DNA of 64,000 nucleotides from SAR324 cluster bacterium (GTDB lineage Bacteria; SAR324; NAC60-12): NCBI GenBank assembly GCA_015232315.1, contig JADFZZ010000021.1, positions 2,006 to 66,005 of the forward strand, read 5' to 3'. Shown piece by piece: positions 56,768 to 64,000 of this stretch (position 1 is its first letter; each line of letters starts with the position of its first letter). The notes under the pieces were generated by a model. It saw only the letters and a program-made list of their open reading frames with translations, ran no database searches and was not told where the DNA came from. The position numbers and the translations under genes were made by a program.

Positions 56768-57298
56768 ATGCAGTTGCAGGTAAAAATTCATGATCTTTCT
56801 CAAGAAGAACTGGTGCTGGAGGCCTTTCCCGCACCTTCAGATTATGAACGCATTCAGGAAGCGATAGGACCGCAAAAGGAGCCATTCCACTACATTCTTA
56901 AATTGTCCAGACAGGGGGATAGAATCACACTCAATGGGCACATGTATGGTCATTGGAAGTTGATTTGTGATCGTTGTCTGAGTCCATATCAATACGATCA
57001 GGAAGAGATATTTCAGACACAGTTTCTTCCAGAACAGGAAGTCCCGGTTGAGAGCGAAACAATATTGTCACTGAATGATCTGGAAACAGAGTTTTATCAG
57101 GGCGATTGTCTGGATCTGAAAGATCTTCTTGAAGATCAAATACTTCTTGGAATTCCTTTTAAAAAACTGTGCACGGAAGAATGTCTTGGTCGTTGTTCCC
57201 GTTGTGGAATTAATCTCAATGAACAGCACTGCGAGTGTTCCCGCATGATTGATCCAGATCATCCGTTTGCCGCCTTATCACAATTGATTCAGAAATAG
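56768..57298 (+). CDS. yceD: YceD/DUF177-family protein (large-subunit rRNA accumulation protein).
   Basis: 176 aa. C-terminal Cys cluster CTEECLGRCSRCGINLNEQHCEC. Conserved position immediately upstream of rpmF-plsX. Confidence 0.7.
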   Translation: MQLQVKIHDLSQEELVLEAFPAPSDYERIQEAIGPQKEPFHYILKLSRQGDRITLNGHMYGHWKLICDRCLSPYQYDQEEIFQTQFLPEQEVPVESETILSLNDLETEFYQGDCLDLKDLLEDQILLGIPFKKLCTEECLGRCSRCGINLNEQHCECSRMIDPDHPFAALSQLIQK

Positions 57299-57445
57299 TT
57301 CCGCAAAGGTTTTAAGTTGGATAACCTTTGTAGCTATTGAAGAATATGTTTTCTTCATTCCAGAAATACTGATTGAAGATTTATTTTTTTATCACGAGAA
57401 TGACGTTTATTCTCTTTAACACACCATAATAAACATTGAGGTCCT

Positions 57446-57628
57446 ATGGCAGTACCTGAGAAGAAAATTTCCAGAAAACGCAGAAATCAGCGACGCGCTC
57501 ACATCAAACTGGAAACACCCGGATTATCATCCTGTACCAATTGCGGTGCAACCATTCAACCCCATAGAATCTGTCCTGAGTGTGGTTATTACAAAGGAAT
57601 TCTAATCACAGAAGTCGACAATTATTGA
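57446..57628 (+). CDS. rpmF: 50S ribosomal protein L32.
   Basis: 60 aa. MAVPEKKISRKRRNQRRAH...CTNCG...HRICPECGYY is the L32 consensus with a zinc ribbon. Confidence 0.9.
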   Translation: MAVPEKKISRKRRNQRRAHIKLETPGLSSCTNCGATIQPHRICPECGYYKGILITEVDNY

Positions 57629-57651
57629 TTTGGATAAAGTTCCGATAAAGG

Positions 57652-58686
57652 TTGATTATGTGGATTGCTGTTGACGCAATGGGTGGCGATACGCCGTTAA
57701 CCATACCCGTAGAAGGTGCGGTTCGTGCTATCAATGATTTTGATCTCAACGTTGCTTTGGTTGGACAGGAAACCGCGATCCGTCAGGAGTTGCAGAAATA
57801 TTCCTACGATCCTTCCAAAATTAAAATCATCCATTGTGATGAATATGTACGGATGGAAGAATCGCCGGCTGTTGCGTTACGCCAGAAAAAAAATTCATCC
57901 ATTCGAGTTGCTATCGACAAGCACAAAGCTGGCGAAGTGGATGCTGTTGTGAGTGCCGGACACACAGGTGCGTCTATGGCTACGGCTAAAATGGTATTGA
58001 AATCGCTCAAAGGCATCGATCGTCCCGCTATTATCGCGGTCATGCCCTCCAGCAAAGGAAACTTTGTTCTTCTTGACGTTGGGGCGAATACCGACTGCAA
58101 GCCACATTACCTCCTCGAATTCGCACTCATGGGTGAAGCCTATTCCCAGGGTATTCTCCATAATCCCAATCCACGGGTTGGACTGTTGAACAATGGTGAA
58201 GAGGAAGGCAAGGGCAATTATCTCGCCAAGGAAACTTACAATCTCCTTAAAGAAAGTACTTTGAACTTTGTGGGAAACATTGAAGGCAAAGCCATGTTTA
58301 AAGGCGAGGCCGATGTGGTGGTTTGTGATGGATTTGTAGGAAATGTCACTTTGAAAGTAGCCGAAGGTACGTTTGATCTGATCAAAACATTCTTACAGGA
58401 AGAAATCACCAAATCATTTCTGGCCAAAATCAGTTATCTGGGAATGAAACCTATTTTTAAAGCACTCAAAGAACGTGCGGATTATAAGGAAATTGGTGGA
58501 GCCCCTCTGCTGGGTGTGAATGGAACAGTGATTATCTGTCATGGCAGTTCCTCAGCCACCGCCATTCGGAATGCGGTCAAACATGCTCATGATTGTGCGA
58601 CAGTTGGACTCAATGACATGATTGCCAAGTTGCTCAATGCCAACCAGCAGTTGATTGAAAAGGCCATCAACCTCCCTCAATCATAA
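57652..58686 (+). CDS. plsX: Phosphate acyltransferase PlsX.
   Basis: 344 aa. IAVDAMGGD...GVVCDGFVGNV...LLGVNG is the PlsX consensus. Follows rpmF, as is typical. Confidence 0.9.
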   Translation: MIMWIAVDAMGGDTPLTIPVEGAVRAINDFDLNVALVGQETAIRQELQKYSYDPSKIKIIHCDEYVRMEESPAVALRQKKNSSIRVAIDKHKAGEVDAVVSAGHTGASMATAKMVLKSLKGIDRPAIIAVMPSSKGNFVLLDVGANTDCKPHYLLEFALMGEAYSQGILHNPNPRVGLLNNGEEEGKGNYLAKETYNLLKESTLNFVGNIEGKAMFKGEADVVVCDGFVGNVTLKVAEGTFDLIKTFLQEEITKSFLAKISYLGMKPIFKALKERADYKEIGGAPLLGVNGTVIICHGSSSATAIRNAVKHAHDCATVGLNDMIAKLLNANQQLIEKAINLPQS

Positions 58687-58861
58687 ACTTCTCTCATCCT
58701 GTTTTTCCATTTGTCAGCCATCCTTAAAATGGATTCTTCCCTGGTCATTTGATGAATCTCATCCAGGGGAATCCATCTCAATTCCAGTGATTCCTCGTTT
58801 GCGGAAAAGGCTTCACTGGAAGATATCAACGCGAACCGCACATCTATGTGACAGCGATGAG

Positions 58862-60361
58862 TTATGACGCAAAAACAGAAGGATGTTTATTAAACCATGG
58901 TTGTGCGGCTTCAAGTTTGGCGGCCAATCGAAGCAACTTGGCATCTTCTCCGAATTTGGCAATAAACTGAACGCCAACTGGAAGTTTGTTCAAAGTCCAG
59001 TGCATCGGCACCGACATGGCGGGTTGACCGGTCAGATTTGCCAATTGGGTGAACGGAAGTTTACTGAAATTTCTGTGTGCCACCTGTTCCACAACGCCTG
59101 CTTTACGAAGAATTTGCCCTGATCCCAGCCGGTTAGCGAGTTTGATCCCCATAGATTCAATCATTCCAGGCATCAGTTCTCCAATTTTCACAGGAGGTGT
59201 CGCCGTTGTTGGAGTGAGTAAAAAATCATATTTCTGGTGAAATCTCCCCATAACACGGGCAAATGTATTCCAATGATGTTTGGCTTGGACAAACTCAGCA
59301 GCAGAATAGGCTTTTCCCAGCATTGCCAAGGTCCAGGTAGAGGGTTCGACATCTTCTGGAACAGGTTTACGTCCAAGTACCGTTTCCAATGAATCCACTT
59401 CAACTGCAACCTCGGCGCAATTCATCATCAGATAAACTTTTGCCAGCAATTCTCCGTCATATTCCGGAGCGGCTTCCTCAACTTCGAAACCCATAGTCTT
59501 CAATATATCAACGGTTTCAAGAACAGCCTTGACGCAATCAGAATTCACAGGTGTTTTCAAGGGAGATTGTGTCGTATAGGCAATTTTCCAACGACCGGCC
59601 CGGCGTTTGATTTCTTCCAGATAAGGACGCAACGGCGGGGCAATCACATAGGGCGCACCAGCATCAGCCCCATGAATCGCATCCAGCATGGCGGCACTGT
59701 CTCTGACGGAACGTGAGATCACATGTTCCACGGCGGCACCCTGCCAATTTTCACCAAGATCAGGGCCTGTCGGAACTCTCCCCCGTGTGGGTTTCAGGCC
59801 AAACACGCCGCAACACGATGCTGGTATCCGAATGGATCCGCCGCCATCTCCAGCAGATGCCATGGGCACCATCCCCGAAGCAACAGCCGCGGCAGAACCC
59901 CCACTCGAGCCACCGGGAGTATGGAGGGTGTCCCACGGATTTCTGCTTGGTCCAAACAATTCAGGTTCTGTGACACCCATGATTCCAAATTCAGGAGTGT
60001 TGGTTTTTCCAAGAATGATCACACCCGTTTTTTTATACCGGGTCATAATCTCGCTATCATAGGTGGGGACATAATGCTTGAGAGCCTTGCAGCCTTTTGT
60101 CATGCGTACTCCGGCATAACTCGAACTCAAATCCTTGATCAGAAATGGCACGCCCCTGAATGGTCCGTCTGGCAATTCCTGTTTTGCCTGTTTCTGGGCC
60201 TGTTCAAAAATCTTGGTGACCACAGCATTTACACGGGGATTGATCTTTTCGATGAAATACATCGCGGTCTCCACCAGTTCAGCCGGAGAAACTTCCTTTT
60301 TTTTGATCAGTTCAGCCAGACCTGTAGCGTCATAATTGGAATATTCCTTAAAGATAGCCAT
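58862..60361 (-). CDS. Amidase-signature-family amidase.
   Basis: The amidase-signature segment is [47 protein letters not shown]. 499 aa. Confidence 0.85.
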   Translation of the reverse strand: MAIFKEYSNYDATGLAELIKKKEVSPAELVETAMYFIEKINPRVNAVVTKIFEQAQKQAKQELPDGPFRGVPFLIKDLSSSYAGVRMTKGCKALKHYVPTYDSEIMTRYKKTGVIILGKTNTPEFGIMGVTEPELFGPSRNPWDTLHTPGGSSGGSAAAVASGMVPMASAGDGGGSIRIPASCCGVFGLKPTRGRVPTGPDLGENWQGAAVEHVISRSVRDSAAMLDAIHGADAGAPYVIAPPLRPYLEEIKRRAGRWKIAYTTQSPLKTPVNSDCVKAVLETVDILKTMGFEVEEAAPEYDGELLAKVYLMMNCAEVAVEVDSLETVLGRKPVPEDVEPSTWTLAMLGKAYSAAEFVQAKHHWNTFARVMGRFHQKYDFLLTPTTATPPVKIGELMPGMIESMGIKLANRLGSGQILRKAGVVEQVAHRNFSKLPFTQLANLTGQPAMSVPMHWTLNKLPVGVQFIAKFGEDAKLLRLAAKLEAAQPWFNKHPSVFAS

Positions 60362-60391
60362 AATGTTCCTTGAGCGTTTGAGAATGGAATT

Positions 60392-60961
60392 TTATTTCAC
60401 CGGTTCTGACTGATGACGATGAAGGTTGCGTTGAAAATAACTGCGTGTAGTGGAACCATCTTTGTGCCCCAGAAGTTTTTGTAATTTTTTCCAGTCCTTG
60501 TTAGACACGGGGCCAATCTCGTGAAACATTCTCATGGCAAATGTCCAACGTATGCGTTCAGACGTGACAGGGATCCCCAGTTTTCGGCTCAATTCTGAAA
60601 AAAACAGGGTCACGGTACCAGCCAGCATCCTCTTTCCTGTTTTTTGAAAAACCCAGCGGGAAGGTGATCGCAATTCCAGTAAAACACCAAGCAATGTTTC
60701 ATCAATTGGAATTCTCCGGAGCGACCCTTCCAGTGATGGTGTGTTTTTCAAATCAGGAACAATGATTTCACGACATTTCCAGAGATCCACATGGTGCCAG
60801 GTAAGTGCCAGAATCTCACTTCGACGCATGCCCGTATTCAGGGCAAACAGAAAATAGTGATAATACCACCGATCCTTATCCTCCAATTTCTGGCAAATGA
60901 TCTGTATTTCCTCAACGGTGAATGACCGTGCAAATGGTTTTCTTGGATTTTGCTTGTCCAT
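60392..60961 (-). CDS. Tyrosine-recombinase catalytic-domain fragment (probable integrase remnant).
   Basis: 189 aa containing only the C-terminal catalytic fold (ALNTGMRRSEILALTWHHVD..., LLGHKDGSTTRSYF with the Tyr). There is no N-terminal core-binding domain, and box II appears degenerate. It lies next to the MITE copy and the IS/TA region. Confidence 0.5.
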   Translation of the reverse strand: MDKQNPRKPFARSFTVEEIQIICQKLEDKDRWYYHYFLFALNTGMRRSEILALTWHHVDLWKCREIIVPDLKNTPSLEGSLRRIPIDETLLGVLLELRSPSRWVFQKTGKRMLAGTVTLFFSELSRKLGIPVTSERIRWTFAMRMFHEIGPVSNKDWKKLQKLLGHKDGSTTRSYFQRNLHRHQSEPVK

Positions 60962-60969
60962 AATCTTTC

Positions 60970-61560
60970 TTAAAATTTCACACTCATTCCTGTTGAAATC
61001 ATTCCACCGCTCGCATCAATACTATGATCTGCCACGTTGGATTTTCCCGAAAACTGAAATTTATACCACTGATATGACGGCTGAAGAAACAAACTCCATA
61101 ACCGGTCACCCCAGATAAAATGATAGTCCATTTCCACAAAAGCATCCATTCCCAAGGTCTCTGAAACAGATCCCCATTCACTCAATGAACGGATCTCCAT
61201 CTCAGCCTGACCTGCGTTTATTCCCCATCCCAGACTCACAGGCAAACTGTTCAACGACATCATATTGGTCAATCCTGTCGTATAGAACCGCATCTGATAT
61301 TCAGAAGATGTCAAAAATCTAAACCCCAGGGCATGGCGCCATGAGGGCCAGAGTTTATTCCGGGTCAACAGTCTCAGATCCGTTCCCCAGGTGCCTCCAC
61401 CTGGTTCAAAGACAGCGACGGTCTCCGCTTTTTCAGTGATAATCACCTGATCCTGAAAATTGAGATAATCCAGCGACACGCCTAACGTGTCTGACTGAAT
61501 ATCCGGATTGGTCACATTGCCAAAAACCAGCAACGACCCTAGTAGAAATAGCAGAAACAT
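60970..61560 (-). CDS. Hypothetical secreted protein, possibly a small outer-membrane beta-barrel.
   Basis: The start is placed at M45 (MFLLFLLGSLLVFGNV, signal peptide). Alternating hydrophobic pattern and a C-terminal ...GMSVKF (terminal Phe). The track ORF's first 44 codons are a read-through of the MITE copy. Confidence 0.4.
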   Translation of the reverse strand: MFLLFLLGSLLVFGNVTNPDIQSDTLGVSLDYLNFQDQVIITEKAETVAVFEPGGGTWGTDLRLLTRNKLWPSWRHALGFRFLTSSEYQMRFYTTGLTNMMSLNSLPVSLGWGINAGQAEMEIRSLSEWGSVSETLGMDAFVEMDYHFIWGDRLWSLFLQPSYQWYKFQFSGKSNVADHSIDASGGMISTGMSVKF

Positions 61561-61590
61561 AAGGACAACCGTTTTTAAAGTTGTTGATTC

Positions 61591-61760
61591 ATTCCTGCTG
61601 TAAATAATTTGGTGATGAAATCCTGTGGCCCGCCGCGATGTCATCCCCGTGAAAACGGGGATCCAGGAGTGCGCCGATGGATTCCGTGTCAAGCACGGTA
61701 TGACACCGTGCGTTGGCTTGATTCGGTTGCCGTCACCAGAAAATTTACAGCAACAATTCT
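61591..61760 (+). repeat. 170-bp MITE-like structured repeat, copy 2.
   Basis: Near-identical to 40931-41100 and in the same orientation, with the same inverted repeats and internal hairpins. Confidence 0.6.
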
Positions 61761-61807
61761 TTTCTTAACAACAGAAAACAGGATTTGTAAATATCATTTT
61801 TGATTTC

Positions 61808-63478
61808 TTACAAATCCTTGACACAACGAAAACCCACATCAGGCCATGCGAGATTCGGGCGGGAATGGCCTCGATAATATCCCACAGCCTCATACGCGCC
61901 AAAAGCCCAGGAACTTCCGCGAATCACCCTGTCATTGATCTGGTCTGAGGAAACACTACTGCCATCATAAGACCGAAACTGATCCGCGACAAATTCACGC
62001 ACATTTCCAGCCAGATGATAGATCCCTTCCGGAGTGACATCACGATTGGACGTGTAAACAGGAATACTGCTTCCAATTTCAGCTTCACGAGTGTTTGTAA
62101 AATTAGGCGAAAAACCTGAACCATTCCAGGGATACTTGCGTCCCTGTGTGCCACGTAGCGCACGTTCCCATTCCTGCTCTGAAGGCAAGCGTTTCTGCAT
62201 GAACTGGCAATACAGTTTTGCGTCTTCCCAACTGATCCTGACAACCGGATGGTCTTTGCTCGCAGGATCAAAATTTCCTTCAGTCCAATGGCTTGGCATC
62301 CGGTGATTGGTTTTACTGGTAAACACAAAATAGTCCCCATTGGTCACTTCATAAGGATCAATCATGAACGATCTCAAGTTGACCATGCGTTCCGGTGAGG
62401 AGTTATACAAAGGATCATTGCTCCCAAATACGGAAGACCCCCCTGAAATCAACACCATTTTTCCGGCATTGCCTCGTTGACTTTTCCTTTCCTGGATTTT
62501 CCTGGCAAACGGATTGACAGGTTCCATCTTCATGGCTTTCGGCGCCACCTTGAATTTAATCAGATCGGCCCACAACAGCACACCAGTGAACACGCTCATC
62601 ATTTTAAGGGAAGCGACATATTCGCCATTTTCTCTGAAATTGATGGTTCCATAAAGAAACGAATCCACCCCATACAGTTCTCCCAGCCTTCGTGCCTGGG
62701 ACTCATCAATAAATACAGCCTGGTTCAGTTTTTGTTCCTGAAAAATGAGTTGCAGGTTTTCCCGGTCAATCACACCAATATCTGGTTCCCGTGAAAAAAC
62801 AGTGGTCATATAATCAATCACTTCTTCCGGCATGAAGGGCGCAACAACATCAATATTCCAGAAACTGATCCGATTGATTTTTTCCTCTTTCATCAGCAAT
62901 TTTTCTTTTCGAACGGATTGAATGACCTGCTGACTCAGATCGTTGAGCAAATCATGATTATCGGACAGGGATTCCATCGGAAAAACATCGGCCCAGACAA
63001 TTTGAGAGTTCTGGATATCAATGGCTTTCAATACCAGCGATTCATTATACAGCGTGCCATAAATAAAAACCTGAACTCCCAGAATTTTGCCCAATTCTTT
63101 GTATTCATTGGGCGAAACAAATTCTGACAACTGCATGCGCTGTTCTTTGAGGAGCAACTGGAGTTTGGAACGATCTGTCACTTTGAACCGTCGGGTTCGG
63201 ACCAGTTTGACATTGGTGTAGTCAATCAACTCATTGAGATTGAGATTGAGATTGACGCTACGTTTTTTGATCCGTGAAATGGCCAGTGTTTTGTAATCGG
63301 GGCCCATAAATTTCTGAATAGAGTTCGAAATTTTCCCCGCCAGAATTTCTGTGTCAATATAATTGGACGCGGCCCATATTGGCGGATGAACAAATAGCAT
63401 CGCCAGCACCATCAACGTCAGTTTTGTTCCAGATTTGAAGGTTAGCAGGTCATGCACCACGGGATACCAATGCTTCAT
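61808..63478 (-). CDS. Secreted protein with a C-terminal FGE-sulfatase (SUMF1/DUF323) domain.
   Basis: N-terminal signal peptide. The C-terminal region matches the formylglycine-generating-enzyme fold: KRLPSEQEWERALRGTQGRKYPWN, VIRGSSWA and DVGFRCVKDL. The middle region is unassigned. Confidence 0.7.
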   Translation of the reverse strand: MKHWYPVVHDLLTFKSGTKLTLMVLAMLFVHPPIWAASNYIDTEILAGKISNSIQKFMGPDYKTLAISRIKKRSVNLNLNLNELIDYTNVKLVRTRRFKVTDRSKLQLLLKEQRMQLSEFVSPNEYKELGKILGVQVFIYGTLYNESLVLKAIDIQNSQIVWADVFPMESLSDNHDLLNDLSQQVIQSVRKEKLLMKEEKINRISFWNIDVVAPFMPEEVIDYMTTVFSREPDIGVIDRENLQLIFQEQKLNQAVFIDESQARRLGELYGVDSFLYGTINFRENGEYVASLKMMSVFTGVLLWADLIKFKVAPKAMKMEPVNPFARKIQERKSQRGNAGKMVLISGGSSVFGSNDPLYNSSPERMVNLRSFMIDPYEVTNGDYFVFTSKTNHRMPSHWTEGNFDPASKDHPVVRISWEDAKLYCQFMQKRLPSEQEWERALRGTQGRKYPWNGSGFSPNFTNTREAEIGSSIPVYTSNRDVTPEGIYHLAGNVREFVADQFRSYDGSSVSSDQINDRVIRGSSWAFGAYEAVGYYRGHSRPNLAWPDVGFRCVKDL

Positions 63479-64000
63479 AATGTTGTCTCACTTGATGTTT
63501 TGACTCAAATGCCAGTTGCCGGGCGGCATCCTGCTGGTATTTATCGTCCGGTTTCCAGTATCGGGTCTTTAAACGATAAGGCCTGAGGCCATTTTCAATG
63601 TCACCGGGTTCACAAAACAGATCCTCAATCGCTGGACGATCGACCCAGCGGTCTCCCAGATTTTTTTCCAGGGCATAATACCAACGCGCAAAATGTTCGA
63701 TCCGCGTTTCCTCAAAATAGCCCGATGGCTTCAAATATTTAATCAACCGCCGCAAGGCCTCACTGTGATTGTAACGGTCATAATCCACCACATAGAGACT
63801 TTCAGAAAGAAAGAGTGGTTTGCCATGCATAAACAATTCTTTTTCACGCAAAGTGTTACCAGATTGAACAATTTCTATGCCCACACTGCCTTTTTCCGAG
63901 TTCAGCACAGAATCTTCCACATTCTCCACAGAAATCAGTTTCAGCCCCGGATAAGCCGCCGTCACGATTCCTGTATAACGTCCCTTGACAAAAACGCGCT
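63450..64000 (-). CDS. Hypothetical protein. The reading frame stays open to the window end, so the true N-terminus lies outside the window.
   Basis: IEIVQSGNTLREKEL is reminiscent of the HisG VETGTTLRENGL segment, followed by about 110 aa of unknown function. Assignment is weak. Confidence 0.25.
   Translation of the reverse strand, partial: RVFVKGRYTGIVTAAYPGLKLISVENVEDSVLNSEKGSVGIEIVQSGNTLREKELFMHGKPLFLSESLYVVDYDRYNHSEALRRLIKYLKPSGYFEETRIEHFARWYYALEKNLGDRWVDRPAIEDLFCEPGDIENGLRPYRLKTRYWKPDDKYQQDAARQLAFESKHQVRQHYEALVSRGA

Noticed and set aside
61560-61692. N-terminal 44 codons of the track ORF at 60970-61692.
   Set aside because: This stretch is read-through of the MITE copy. A better start with a signal peptide exists at 61560.

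Overview
This 64-kb window is from a moderately low-GC, apparently Gram-negative bacterium. Support for that: lipobox lipoproteins, an outer-membrane-protein-like C-terminal Phe, and a yceD-rpmF-plsX operon. The window is dominated by a natural-product biosynthetic gene cluster that is split into two arms.

Left arm (1-18918, minus strand):
- a UbiC-like chorismate lyase
- a stand-alone aryl/acyl-AMP ligase
- a 4085-aa hybrid NRPS-PKS megasynthase with domain order (Asub remnant)-FAAL-KR0-PCP-KS-AT-DH-KR-MT-ACP-C
- a class-III aminotransferase
- a stand-alone thioester reductase
- a P-type ATPase

Right arm (42183-50863):
- an antitoxin, a frameshifted RelE-like toxin, and an EctC-like cupin
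- an A-PCP-R NRPS
- a HemL-like aminotransferase
- an AGAT-family amidinotransferase
- a convergent second P-type ATPase, paralogous to the first

The ~23 kb between the arms carries:
- a sulfotransferase - ACP - HemN-like radical SAM - sulfotransferase operon
- an anSME-like radical SAM/SPASM gene next to a Ser-type sulfatase
- an internalin-like LRR lipoprotein
- an SPFH protein
- an exporter operon: two SyrD-type ABC half-transporters plus a 12-TM/HEAT fusion protein, bracketed by two stand-alone cNMP-binding domain proteins

The window also contains a 170-bp MITE-like element in two copies, an IS5-family insertion sequence next to a RelBE module, a recombinase fragment, and housekeeping genes (DAHP synthase, ferredoxin, yceD-rpmF-plsX, amidase).

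The most interesting hypothesis is an undescribed pathway for a polyketide carrying a guanidine or cyclic amidine terminus. It would be built by reductive release, then transamination, then amidination (A-PCP-R, aminotransferase, amidinotransferase, with an EctC-like cyclase). That unit would be joined to a methoxylated polyketide through the terminal C domain of the megasynthase and possibly sulfated.

ORF-track coordinates are used for genes. Sub-gene positions that I derived by counting are approximate (+/-3 nt).
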